Of a stretch of 64,000 bases of DNA, positions 25,239 to 38,527 are shown in pieces; the first letter of the stretch is position 1, and each line of letters opens with the position of its first letter. The DNA comes from Glycera tridactyla (taxonomy: Eukaryota). The notes under the pieces are model-generated. The model saw only the letters and a program-made list of their open reading frames with translations, was not told the DNA's origin and made no database searches. The translations under genes and the position numbers were made by a program. The stretch covers positions 95,108,001-95,172,000 of the forward strand of contig OZ286463.1 of assembly GCA_965644265.1 (NCBI GenBank). The letters are read 5' to 3'.

Positions 25239-25424
25239 CAGAGATGCCAACCTTTGATGTCCAAAATTAGTAATTGAGCCAGTTTTTGAGAGTAATGATA
25301 CCACTATTTGCAATGATCAAATTTGATGCTCGTGAATTTCTGTGTTATATTACATGCAGAATGCCGAACTTTTGGCTCAAAAAGAATAGTCATCACTCCA
25401 AAATCAGAATGGTTGGCATCTCTG
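25239..25424. mobile_element. hAT-like MITE with perfect 14-bp TIRs
   Basis: CAGAGATGCCAACC ... GGTTGGCATCTCTG. No TSD detectable, so the superfamily call rests on the terminal sequence only. Confidence 0.7.
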
Positions 25425-27461
25425 TGTATCTTAAAAATAATGAGATTTTGTCACACTCATTGTCAAAAATAACTGAAGATCCTCTCTAAAAATGCACAGT
25501 CAAACATTTGCAAGAAACTGTAAGTGAAGAAAAAATGCCTTAGAAATGTTGATCATGAGCTGGAGGCAGAAAGGCTTGAATGAATGTTGGCCTCATACAT
25601 CAATTGTAAATACTGCATCTTCTAAAATCCGGTATTGTGCTGTGTGCCGTATCTTAGCTTATTCCAACAAGGCAGGAAATGTTGATTTATCAACTGTAGA
25701 AATATGGTCCAGGTGCACTTTTGTTTTTCAAGGACCTCTGTCAAGGAGGCAAAAAGTGGCCACTGTCACCGGAGGCAAGTGACATCCCAGGACACTCCGA
25801 TGCAATAACTCACAAGTTAATGAGACAATCTGGTCTAATTAAATCTTCGTTGAAATATTACGCAATTCACAACTGGTTGCACAGAAAATATAACGCTCAT
25901 AATTGAAAAATTACTCAATCAGAAACTTCATTCAGTTCAAGATAAATCATCCAAGTTTTTCTTGAGAAAAAAGATTTCTGTCAGAGAAAGAAACTCCGCA
26001 AAATCAGTGTGACTGATTAAATCTGATTTAAAAAAATCAGTGATATGCAAATTTGCCAGTATGTTATCAAATTTTCCAGGATTACAGGTTTTCTGCAAGA
26101 GCTGTGGCTGACAAGCTCATTGCTTTATGGACATGGATTTTACAAAGTATTGGAAAGGGAGGAAACACAGAACATTTTGAGATACAGCAACAATTGTAGA
26201 TTTGTATTTCTCGTGTTGATTATGATCCGACATTTTGGATGACTGGGATAAACAACAAACATGAAGCACTGTACACTGTCATGACATCAGACACCCCTCC
26301 CCCCTTTTCCGGCCAAAATAATCATGAGGAAAAGCCTAAAACCTGATGTCACATTTTAGGAGCCAAAGTTCTGGTAGTCAATTGATAATTAGTTACCAGT
26401 TGGTTTTTCTGGGGGGGGGGGGGGGGGGGGGAGGGAGCCCAAACCATTATGTCAGCATGGCATATACATTACATCATCCGATGGTCGATAGATTAAAAAT
26501 ATACTACAGGATCTGAAAACCATAATCACTTCCAGGCAGGCCTGAAAATGGGAATCCCTTTGTTTCCATAAGAATTTGAATATATGCTTGAAGTAACAGT
26601 ATAGCCAAGTCACTTTAAATAGACCTCAGATTTGACAAGGCTCTTAGGTTCTCTCTGCTAGGCTTTTCAACAGATCTCTCAACCGAATTCAATTAAAATC
26701 TTCATTATACTAACATATTATTCCATCAGGATGATTTTATGTAATGGCTAGCATATATAGCTGAATATGATCCATGATGTCAGTTTTGTGATGGAAATGT
26801 AATAAAGAAATTTACATAGTGTTCATAGGCGGGCTGGTTGTGTTTGATCCTCCCTACCCCTCAAGCTGTATTATCTAATCAGAAGCTATTTTATGATGGT
26901 GCCATCAACATTGTCCGCCCAAATGAAGTCAAACAACCGTTAGTGACAATGCTGTCAACATTGTGACAGTGCCATCCCTGACTGTAAACATTTGCCACCT
27001 CCCCAGCACACCATCCACTCCGGTTATGTCACATCAAAGCAACCAGCCACACATCAATGTGTGTGAACATGTGGTTTGACTGGTACACCGCTAACACCTG
27101 CCAATGAATGTGGACTGGCTCCCCATTCCGCCAGTATACACTAAGCCTGCCCTGATGAAAGTCTACCTATTATCTCTGTGTCAGAGAACAAACGATGGGT
27201 CATGCTTTAATGCCTTTTACATAGCAATAAACTAATTACACAAACAATGACCGAGATGAAAAGGCTTTTACCATGTGTGAGTTCATTTAGGTGATTGTTG
27301 GATCACAGGGCCGATGACATCATACAATGTGTGAGATCCAATAAAAGTCCATGCAAATTTGTCATCTTCATCTCCACCTACCTAATAAACTAATTCACTT
27401 GTCAGTGATCAGCATTATATCAATCTTCTTACTTATTTAACTTATTTATTTGGCACATCAG

Positions 27462-27600
27462 TTTTCAAATCATGGAGATACTATCTGAACTAAAATACAA
27501 AATAGAGGGACCATATTTTCTGGATGAATTACCCCATAGGAGCAGGAGGAGCAGAGAAAAGAACACAAGCAGGGAACATCTAAATGTGCAAGAGGAGTAA
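27462..27600 (+). CDS. Candidate small membrane protein, terminal exon
   Basis: Acceptor cttatttatttggcacatcag, phase 2. Reads (S)FQIMEILSELKYKIEGPYFLDELPHRSRRSREKNTSREHLNVQEE*. AATAAA overlaps the TAA stop. Confidence 0.4.
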
Positions 27601-27877
27601 ATAAAACACAGTAAAAGTTCAATATTCATTTCATTCTTCTTTCTCGGACTGCATCTTGCCATCATGATCATGAACTGTTCAACTCAAAATCCGGTAGGAG
27701 TCACACTGAGAATGAGTATGGTGTATTTCATCCAATATTCACGGATTCTCACTTTTGTGCAAAGGAGACATATCCCAAGGTTATGTTAGCTCTTGTAAAC
27801 ATTCATCATGCCTAACTATATTTTGTAATATATATCAAACTCTTCAGCAGCAGAACATCTCAGTTTAATGATTGATA

Positions 27878-28041
27878 TAAATGAAACCTGGGATGAGAGA
27901 CTGCCCTAAATGTCACAAAAGAGCGGTCTCTAAAAAAGAGGTGGTCACTCATCCAAGGTATATTTGACTACGTCATAATATCAAAGCTACCCTCAAGAAG
28001 CGTCGCCCATTGGAGGTGGTCTCTCGTCGCAGGTTTCACTG
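27878..28041. mobile_element. Tc1/pogo-type MITE, GAGACC subfamily
   Basis: TGAAACCTG...CCCTAAATGTCAC ... GCAGGTTTCACTG|ta. Confidence 0.8.
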
Positions 28042-29609
28042 TATTGCCGACATTCATATGTGATGGATACAGTCGTGTGAACTTGCCCATATGTGATGAG
28101 TGGAGTAATGCAAACAGCAGGGCACCAACAGTTTGAATACAAACTGATCAAGAGAGTAAATGTGTTGATTAGCGTGGGCTCATCAAGCTCATTAACACTC
28201 ATTAATGAGGTGTACTCAGGTTAATAGGCCACTCAGCTCAGCTGCTCAATCTACCACTAGCCCCGCTCAGCTGGCCATCACACTCTCTTAATTAAGGGGA
28301 CTCCTCTATTGTCACCTCATCTGTATGTATTGCCACCTGCAGCTGGGCTTGTACTGACATGTGCAACTCAACTAGGCTATGTGGTGTGTGTATGTATGTG
28401 TGTGGGGGGGGGGGGAGGGGCATGCATAAATGCATCCATGCGTGTATGTGCATGTATGTGCATATATGTGATTGCACATGCATAAATGTATGTGACGCAA
28501 TAGCTGAGCAAAACCTACAGACATAGTTACAGAGATCAGTCCATCCCTGTGTTAGATGGCTGATATGAAGGCTGATACGAAGGCAGCTGTTACATCATGT
28601 TCTATATTATTGGGTGCTGAATAATGCGCTGAATTTACTGCTGACATCAAGCCGCCGAGCTGACCGCAGCACCGAACATTCATCATAATACGTTCAAAAT
28701 GGAGCGAAAAATAGCAACCATGAAAAAATAGCAACCACGAAAACAACTGCTTAAGTCAACATTGAAAACAACTGCTTCGGTCAACATTCGGTCAACAATC
28801 GTATACCAGTGACTTTTAACCAATCTACTAATCAAATAGAAATAAGTCTACGGTCAACTGTCTGTATCCATTCCTTGCTACCAAAGTAATCCTGAAGTTG
28901 ATTCAATTCCATCAGCAACAAGAAAATAAATTGAAAGCTCTCAAAATAATCCATGCCCATCATCTCCATGGGAACGTGATCAAAACCCATCCCAAACCTG
29001 CGTCAGAGAACATGGATAGCCAAATGAAATATAACAAAGGCACATAGAATTTCCATTGGTGTACCTGGAAGGGCACAAATATCTCAGATTTCAGCACAAT
29101 TTTATATCTCCAGACATATAACACAGGAGGGCACACAAGTCATCACAGATGTGATCATGACATGAGGGCACATAATTTGTCAAGCTGTAGCTCAGGAAGA
29201 AGTCATCCCAGAGCATGTGAACACTAATCCCAGGTCATGTTAACACTCACCCTACTTCGATAAGTTTCCTCTCTGGCTGAGAAATGAACACAATCTGTGA
29301 GATCTTTACAATTCAAGAAATCCAGTAAGAGGTAATCAGTTTCCCCTAACTTGAATGAGGGTTGAGTGTTTGGGTCTGGGAGTTTGCCATCATCTGATTC
29401 AGGTACTTTGGTCTCAATCTTTACATGGATTTCAATCACATGAATCAGCCATTGTTGGAATCCACATAGGATATTATACTCTGATAAGAGATTTGCATAT
29501 TTTCCTTGCATCCACATGTTTTGGGTAATCCAAAAATGTAAAAATATAGAACCTGCACGGAAACTAGAGAAACATGTGGAAATTGTCAACTCTACCTGAG
29601 GGACCTTCA

Positions 29610-29725
29610 GCTCTGACCATGATAGTATTTTCTACACTAAACAGCCTCTCTACAAAGGCCACCTGCCTACAAAGACCATTTTTTGATGTGACTGAGGGTG
29701 GTCTTTGTAGACAGGTTCAACTCTA
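29610..29725. mobile_element. Tc1/pogo-type MITE, right-hand fragment
   Basis: TACAAAGGCCACC/TACAAAGACC repeats ending in GACAGGTTCAACT. Confidence 0.65.
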
Positions 29726-32316
29726 TAAGCACAACCCAGAAAATTTATATTTCCAAAAAAAAAAGCATATTTTTTGTCATCACAACTCGATCCTTAGTCA
29801 GGTGACTGAAATTTACTTAATTGCAAATATGTTGTTCTTCCTTATGTGGACGAGATGTCGTGTAAGCGTCTCAATTTTTGTTCCACAGAAAGTTAAAAAT
29901 AATTCAATCATGCAATTTTCATGTTTGATTGACATTTCAACCTTGATACAGATATCAAAATATCAGTCACTAAAGCTGATTTGATGATGGGAGATTATCA
30001 TTGAGTGGGCATTATGGGTGAGCGAGTATGAGAGTTAACAGCAGTGGCCATGCTGGAGTCAGCAGCTTGGGCGGTGCTTCAACCAGCTGGTATAAAATCC
30101 CTCGCTCTCCCCACCAGGTGGAGGTGAATGACTCATACTATGAACTGGGCCACCACCACCTCCACTCTGGACATATATAAACTCTACCATACTTATTCCG
30201 AAAGGAGCTCCTTCCAATAATAAAACAGTGAAACCTGATTGAGAGACCACCTATCTGTAAAGGCCACCTGCCAAAGGTTCTACTGTGCAATCAAACATGT
30301 TATAAGTCACAAACCTAAGTAGGGCAAAAAGTGGATGCTTCAGAATAATAATGAAAAATCTCCAGTGGGAGATTGAAAAGTGACTGCTCAGGTAAGAGGT
30401 GGCTCTCAAGTGCAGGTAAATTACCACCAAAAAATCCCTGGTGGGTTATTGGAAAGTGACTGTGTGAGGCAGGTAGCTAGCTGCCGAGTACAGTGGCTGC
30501 TCAATCAAGAATTTCATTTACACATGTAGCCGACAAATTATTTCAATATAATGGGACCTGCAATGAAAGACCAACCTAAATGTTCGGTGGTTTTTGTTGC
30601 AGGTTTCACTGTACCTTTAAACCAGCACTCAGTGGCATTGATGAATTCTAATTAGGAGAAGTACTCATATGGTGATGCTTTTTCATGCAAGCAAGTTTTA
30701 CAGGTCAGGGCTCACACTCAACGGAAGTCTGTATTGTCAAATATGAAATAGGATGATCCCACTAAGTCTAGAATAAATGAATACCAATCCTTCAATTATG
30801 CAATTCACTCAACTACATTACCATCATGATAAATTCTCTGTAATAAATCATACTTTACTTGACGAAAGTTGGTCAACTACTCAATATCCTCGGGGAAAAC
30901 GGCCATACAGAATATCAGGATGTTTGATTACTGTGTGACTATGAGAGCTATATACATAAGTTTAATGCACACAGCTCTAACACAATGTAAGCCTGTCAAC
31001 AAATCTGCTCAAAGAATGCTCAATTCCTAATACTGGATAATGCAATATGTGAGTAAACTTGAGCTTGACAAAGTTCTACAAGTTCTACAAACTGCATATG
31101 AAGTTTTGTCATGCGTCGTGTTTGTTCATGACAGAAACCTCTCAAGCAAGGTCTATTATTTCCTCTGGTTGGAAGCGCCATCACTTCCTGCACCATTATC
31201 ATTATTTGTCCAGGCCAGCGCCTGGATGGGTTACCTCACAGCATATAAATCTCATTGCTGATGGGCCTGATCAGGCTAAATGTTTTCACAGGAATCATAT
31301 AACCGCTGAATCCAGTTGTGTAAACTTTGGTGGCTGTGATCCCGCATAATCAGAGTTTAACTCCGCCACATCCAGGTCTCGTGTCGCCATGATGGGAACC
31401 GAGAATCCACCGAGACACTGCTGAGAATCGGCAGTGTGTTTACTGGCCTAGTTTACTCAAGTACCATCCATGATTGACTGATGATCTCAGAAGAATGATG
31501 AACAATTCATGTTCTCATTGAGTTCCTGCACGAAAGCTTGGAAATATCCATAATTGGTTAGGAAAATCATCCAAAGTACAGGACCAAGGACCGGTTATTC
31601 AAACCTAGACTTCCAAATCTGTCATAGTTAGGAGACAGTAGTACAAACATTTCTGAAGGTCAGTTCATTGAAAATATGCGTGGTCAAAAATGACAAATTA
31701 CAACTTGCAATTGGCAACCATGAGTCAACTTTGACTGAAATAAATGAGAAAATGTGAGTTTGATGATGGGCTAGATGCGTGGAATGAACATGCTTAATTC
31801 TGATACCCTACGATACACAGTGTGTTGCCAGTGTTTAACTGTACAGTGGAACCAGCCAAAACATATCACCTGTTTTAAAAGACTCCTTTCTCAAAGTCTC
31901 ACCTCACAGTCAAATATACCTCTACTGAGACCACCTGCCTTGGGATATGACAGCTCCGAAATGCTGCTCCAAACTTGGCTGACATGAGTTGATTAGTGCT
32001 ATGAGCTGAAGGATCGCCCCAGAAAATTCTTCAGCCGAATCGGCTTAAAATGTGTGAACTTCTTTAGCCAGATAGCAAAGGCATTAGGCTATAGTTTTTC
32101 GATCAGCACCCACCGAAAGTAGATGATCGATACAAAAGGAGGAATTAGCCATAAAACATGGACAATTCCAAACTATGAAGCGATTCTGATCCCACTCAGT
32201 GTCAGCACCAATGACACCCAACACTGGACACGCACACGACTTGCGTTTTGTTCCCGGCACAAACATCAACACCATACATTTTATAACGGGATTACTGGTC
32301 ACGCCATCTACTGTAC

Positions 32317-32355
32317 CAGGTCAACACCGATCCGTGACCCTCCGCTGGCGGCCAT
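32317..32355 (-). CDS. Candidate first coding exon of an unidentified gene
   Basis: aaATGGCCGCC (YY1-like start context) in a CpG-rich patch. Reads MAASGGSRIGVDL, weak donor CTG|gtacag. Confidence 0.25.
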
Positions 32356-32615
32356 TTCATAAAATATTTACTCAATCACGGTGAATGGGCTCTCTCCACA
32401 TAAGAGATGTCACCAATAGGATTTTTGTTGTATGCACAACTTTTCAATGATGAATGGTAAAATAGTGGAGTTATAATGTTACATTTTGGCTGTACTGAAC
32501 AAGCGATGGATCTGCATAATCTCACTCAAGAAGAATGAAAAAAAATCATTTTTCATTATGATTTCAACCAGTTGAGGTTAACTCTTCCATGTGACCCTCC
32601 AATCCATTCCAATTA

Positions 32616-32687
32616 CAGTGGAACCTGCAGCGAGCAACAACACATTTTGGTGACTTTTAGGCTGGTGTCTTGCCACAGGTTTCACTG
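32616..32687. mobile_element. Minimal (72-bp) internally deleted Tc1/pogo-type MITE
   Basis: ta|CAGTGGAACCTG ... CAGGTTTCACTG|ta. Confidence 0.85.
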
Positions 32688-35246
32688 TAATGTACAGGTT
32701 GACAGAAGTATCCCATTAGCATACATCTCTATGAGTCATTTGGAGATATTTTTGGTTGAAAAAATTACGAAATATGAGAAAAATGACAGGATAAAATTCC
32801 ATTGACTTTGAAATGGCTAATTTGACACTCTTGTTGTTGTCAGATCCCATAGGAAGTGATTCAATGGAATTCAACAATGTACTATACGAGAAACAATCCA
32901 CATTTGACATATCATCAGCTATACTGACATCTCAAACTGTGGAATGATTGACTGATTTTTGACTGAGGATGTGCAGCAGGATATCTGAATATACACCTGG
33001 AGTGAGAGCATAATCATGATTACATGGGACATATAATTGTGTATTTTCATGCTAGGAGCACTGATATCACCCTATATGATATTGTATGGATCTCACATAG
33101 GTATGTATTATTAGTAGGAGTGAGCCAATGTGAGGAATGTGCTGTCGTAGAGAGAAGCAGTGCTTACATACTCTCAGGTACTCGCGCCCTTCAAGCCCCA
33201 TGCTCTCGAGCAAGCCGCCCTGGTGTTATTTGCCCCATGTTTCCAGGGCCCTGGCGTCTCAAGTTCTGCCCAATCAGCTCGTTTTATTTCTGAACATTAG
33301 CTGATCGCAGCATTTTGCCACTGGAGACACACCCTGTGATTGACCCCTGGGTAAATACCTAAAACATCACTCAAAATAGGCTGCTCACTTTACACAATTT
33401 CCCACTGTGTTATGATAATACCAAGCATTTTTGGCAGGTATACTTGAGAATACTTAAGTTGGTATATTACATATCATGTGGTTTTACCTATTTTGTTTCT
33501 GTATCCAATATATGCTGATTATTTCATCAAATATTAGTTATATTTCATACAGTGATTAGCGAAGTATGCCACATTTTCATCAAGTTATACATTGAGAGAC
33601 GATTAATCACCTAACTTATTCAGATAGATTTTAATGGTCTCGAGGACATCATAGCATGAGAACATGATCTGGGCATAAGTCAATCAAGTCTCATATATAT
33701 ATATAACAAGGAATGTACTTGTTTGTTCACTATCAATGTTACAATTCATTTTTCCACAGATATTATTTTTGAGTGGTCACTTTCAACTGGCCAGCTGCAT
33801 TGTACCTCAGGAGATTAGTTTCCTTGTAAAACATCCTATTTTGGTCAGAGAAGTCTTTTTTTGTTTTAGTTTTAAAAGTTTCACTCTGCAAGAAACATGT
33901 GACCTTGCAAGGTCATATATGTTCAAGCAATGATAGCAGCAAAACACATTAAACATCTGAAACAAAAAATATGTGTTTGTAACAAATGATGAATCTGAAA
34001 TTGAGAACAAAATACAATTTTCATTAGTTATGAGATGAGAAATATACATGCCATATTAGCTCTGGTGCCGAAAAAAGACAAGAATCACTCTTATTTATTT
34101 TTAGTTGAAATAATCTCTTCATCACTTGATCCTGATTGAAAATAAGGAAATATAATTCAATATTCATTTCAGAATAAATTCAAAGATGAAAAGTTGATTT
34201 GAGAGGAAGAGTATCCATGGGTAAGTGTATGGTAATAGACATGACACCTACAAGTAACAGTAATTCCCCAGATGGTGATGTAATGTTACTGGTGATGTAA
34301 TATCATGACTGCGGCCTAATATAATCCCACAAGAGACCCACCATTATCAGACATGTTTGTAAATAATGCGGGATCTGGATATTTCCTCATACCTCACGCT
34401 GTTTGACTCATGCCTAATATCAGGCAAAGTGCCAAATCTGGTGCTATGTCATTGGTAATATCTGACAATATAAATATCACACCACAACAAAACTGGACAT
34501 GTCAGTGTTACATCAACTCTATTAATAAGAGAAATATTTACTTAAACTTGAGAGACCACCTCCTTCAACAGACCACTTGGTGACATTTAGGGTAGGCAGG
34601 TGAATTTCCTATAGAGATGGACTTATGAGCAGGTTTTACTGTATTTATATCTGTATTCCCCACCCACTCAGGCACTAAGTTATCATGTGTTACAGAGAGG
34701 CACATACAGATTAAGAGTTAATTTGCTGGATGCCATGAGTAGGTGAGTCATCGGGATGGACAAATGTCCCGAGGGGCAGTAAGACGCAGGCGTAATCCCG
34801 ATATATGCGCTGCAGCCTCGGCTCCTCGCTGGCGATACTAAGTGAAATCCTTCAATGTAAAGGCGCTGCACCATTCATGTCAGGACCGAGCATTAACCCT
34901 CTCACTATGACATCACATTCTCATCCATGCAACTCTCAAATCATATCAAATATCAATTTCGATTATATGACTACATGGCACAAATCGCAAGACGGATACT
35001 ATAAACGACGATGTCCTAATTAATTTTATCCTGATCATTGAAACACCATTAAGTGAATAATCTTCAAAAGTGGAGTGGCTATAATCAGCTGATCAGGATA
35101 TCCATGGGTCTGAACTGAGGCTTTTCCACATTGACTGTTTGTATTTAGCTATAGAAGCAGTGAAATAGTATGGCTGATATAATTCCGCCAAAATAATAAC
35201 AAAATTGACATAGAAATCATTCACGCTTAAGGATATGAAACTGTCT

Positions 35247-35285
35247 TCACTGTTCGAGCATTCTGGGCAACCTTGAGATAAGTAA
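35247..35285 (-). CDS. Probable terminal coding exon of the same unidentified gene
   Basis: Acceptor tcttccttttcag, phase 0, reads LLISRLPRMLEQ*. Confidence 0.45.
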   Translation of the reverse strand, partial: LLISRLPRMLEQ

Positions 35286-35515
35286 CTGAAAAGGAAGATA
35301 TACGATGAAAGCATGTGATTCTTAAATGAATGCAGTCGATTCCACTCTTGGAGGGTCACCCTCTAATCGCTGGATAACCATCACTCCTTCGGGCTCGCAC
35401 GATTTTTTGTTTAAGTACGAAGCCAGCATTATTGCCGCTTGCCTCCCTCACAAGCCCCATCCCAGCTTATTTATGGTTCACATCCAATCAGCACTTTTAT
35501 TGTAGGAATACTCAC

Positions 35516-35635
35516 TTTGCGTCTGTTCTGCCCCAGGAGGCCAATATTGGCTAGCCTGGGCAAGTTACTGATAAACTTATGGCCAAATCTCAATTCTGCC
35601 AATGACAAATAATCATCGCAAGGGAAGAGTGTTCC
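35516..35635 (-). CDS. Internal coding exon of an unidentified gene
   Basis: Acceptor cttgatttttttcag, donor AAA|gtgagt. 120 nt, phase 0/0, open: GTLFPCDDYLSLAELRFGHKFISNLPRLANIGLLGQNRRK. Confidence 0.55.
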
Positions 35636-36679
35636 CTGAAAAAAAATCAAGTGAAAAATATGCCTCACATAACTGAACTGCTCTCGCCATTTCTTATTCA
35701 TGATACTGACTTTCTTAAAACTATCACCAAAATATGGCCATTGACCAAAAGTGATCACCATGGGGAAATCAGATTAAATCCCTTTCACCACCATACAGAT
35801 TTAAAGAGGTGAGCTGTGAATTGATAGGAGAGAATGGGGACCATATTGTATTATGCGCCAATTTCAATGTTTATCAGTTTTATCTCGACTTGACCTAATG
35901 AAAGAGATGATATCCAAAGATGACCTTTGTATATATGCACAGACGATGGTTAACAATACTGCAGGCAAATTAGAAGCGGTGAAGCAATACATCACTTGCA
36001 ACCATCTAGAAGAAAAATACACCTCATTTGTCAATTTGTGAATGGCAACTCGACCTGTCTCAAAGCTCAACTAAACCTCCGCACCAGATAAGACTTCTGA
36101 TCGAGGGGAATTTAGATGGATTATCAGATATATGAACCATCATGAACCATAAATAAAATAGAATCCAAGCATGAAGAGATGCTGCACCATGAAATAATAC
36201 TGGGTTTAACTAAGCATATGTGTCTTCTAACAATGATAACTTTCTGACAACTATTTTACACCACACCTGTCTCACCTACCTGATTATATCAACATAATTC
36301 AGTGATCAACGTATATGGTTAAAACAACTGAAACTCCACTTGAGCAGTGTTGGATATCAGGGGAGATTGCAAGACATTCGTCTCGCATTTGAGTGTAATG
36401 TCTCACATTTTGTTAAGTGGCAAGACAAATGTCTCACTTCAGTCACAACCCAGAGCAAACACTTGTAACATTTCTTTCATACTTGTGTAAATTGTCTCAC
36501 ATTTTGAATAGTGGCATGACAAAGTCTCACTCCAGCCATACCTCAGAGCCAAACACTGCTTGAGATTATCATTTTCATTTCTGTGTTTTCTGTGCTTTTT
36601 GTGTAAATTGAAATTCACATTAACTTTCTCAGAAGAATTATTCAACTTCCATTATTCTGAAGGTGACATAAACAATTTC

Positions 36680-36840
36680 TTATGTGAGACCCCAACAAGA
36701 GACCACCTCTTTTGAGAGAACACTTTCCAGAAGCGCCTCTTCTGCTTGGTATAGTCAATTATACCTACAATGATAGACCATCTGATTTGTCAGATAACTT
36801 TTGGATGAAATTTTGGGTGGTCTCTGATTGCAGATTCCAA
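36680..36840. mobile_element. Tc1/pogo-type MITE, degraded
   Basis: GAGACC/GAGACCACC repeats and a right-end-like GGGTGGTCTCTGATTGCAGATTCC. Confidence 0.6.
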
Positions 36841-37786
36841 CGTGATGAGTGATAAGCGAGCACAAAGTTATAAAAGTGCCCCGAAAGGTTGTCAGCTGCA
36901 TGTTTCACTCAAATGAATCAATGTTAATTAATTTTGAAACTAGGAAGCAACATTTTGATGAATCAAGCCACCCAACAGGTGGTAAGTCAGCAACTTTCAG
37001 CATTAAGAGGGTATAGCGGTGATCAGGCTTAGGCGGAATAAAAAGAGTTCTTAAGAAGATTAGGGCATCACGGAATCCACATAGATAGGCTCTTGAGGGA
37101 TGTGATGCAAATGTATGAGGACAGATAAGCTGTGTTCATGTGTGCTTGTTTAATTTGATGATGAGAGATATGCAGACACATAGATTTGGCCTGTCTCACA
37201 AACTTATGTCTGTGTTCTCCTCCAAACAATCAAACATGCCACCACGAGACTCGGAAGCAACAGCCCCGCCACCACCGAGACACCAAAGCAACAGTCCTCA
37301 GACTGCAGCAACAGCCTGCAGCAACAGCCTGCAGCAACTGCCAAACAGAAATTCTTCAGCCTAAATCTGCATTCTAAACATTCCTTATTATCACTCAGCT
37401 CCAGATGACATTATGATAACTACATAAGCTCTAGAGCAGAACAGATCATGATAAGTTTGATTGATAGCATGACTTTATCTGCAGCCACCGACTAGCCGCT
37501 CAAACCAGAACATCTTTGAGTTTTCTCTCGGTTCAACTCAAAAGGCCACATGTATTTTCAAAGTCAGAAATCTGAAATCTGTGTTTGAATCATGATATCC
37601 AAACTCCAAATAAATGATTTTAGTCTGATTTTGGTCAAATTGGCTCTACTGCATACAACCATGGCATTGATGACTAGGTTAAAATTTATAATTGTATATG
37701 ACAGTTGTGACTGGCTGCATGGTCATTTTCCCAACACTGCAAGCTTAAGTAAAAGTCATAGGAATACTAGAAAGTTCGATGGAATA

Positions 37787-37964
37787 CAGTGAAACCTGTC
37801 TTGGGAGACCCCTCTTTTGGGAGACCACCCTCTAATGGGAGACCACTCTTTGTCGGCTCTTCTCTATTCAACATAGTCAGATATACCTCCAATGAGAGAC
37901 CACCTGTCTTGAGAGACCACTTTTCGTTGGCGTTTGGGGCGGTCTCCCAAGACAGGTTTTACTG
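37787..37964. mobile_element. Tc1/pogo-type MITE, young 178-bp subfamily, copy 1
   Basis: ta|CAGTGAAACCTGTCTTGGGAGACC ... GGTCTCCCAAGACAGGTTTTACTG|ta. About 24-bp TIRs, near-identical to 58148-58325. Confidence 0.95.
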
Positions 37965-38209
37965 TAATAGAAAGTTCGAGCTACTGGACAACAGGAAGGC
38001 AAACTCAGGTCAATTCTATGCCTCTGACTGTAGATGTCACCACCGCAGTGGGATTTCCGAGAGAATTTCCCGATGTGAATCTGGTAGTGAGGTCTGCCAT
38101 CTGGTGCAGATGATAGATTACTTACCGTCCCAAAATATAAGTGAAAGAAGATGAAATATTGTCTGCATTGTGACTGAATCTCAAGACTATTCAGAGAGTC
38201 TTGGTTATA

Positions 38210-38356
38210 CAGTGAAACCTGCAATGAGGGACCACCCTAAATGTCACCAAAATGAGGTGTCTCTCAAAAGAGGCAGTCTCTCGCCAGAGGTATAATTGAG
38301 TACATCAAATAGGAAAGCTGTCTCGTCAAAAGTGGTATCTCATCACAGGTTTCATG
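38210..38356. mobile_element. Tc1/pogo-type MITE, GAGACC subfamily
   Basis: ta|CAGTGAAACCTGCAATGAGGGACCACCCTAAATGTCACC ... CACAGGTTTCA. Confidence 0.8.
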
Positions 38357-38527
38357 GTGAAAAAAAACTACCCTGTACCATTTTAATCTCCCTCACACGA
38401 AGTTGTCTTGTGATCCACTTTGGCTCATGTTGATGTGCCAAACAGCGATTGTTACAAACAAATTGCATTGTTAAAGTAACTAAATATTGAATACAGAAGA
38501 GGCCAATAAAATTTATCAATATGAATA

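Noticed and set aside
34173-34220. Splice-bounded 48-nt segment NKFKDEKLI*EEEYPW with an in-frame TGA (possible selenocysteine)
   Set aside because: No selenoprotein motif context and no SECIS seen. A chance or non-coding exon is more likely.
37761-37979. 12-bp direct repeat TAGAAAGTTCGA on both sides of a MITE, suggesting a long TSD
   Set aside because: Better explained by a pre-existing ~20-bp tandem duplication (GGAATACTAGAAAGTTCGA) with an ordinary TA insertion into the second copy.
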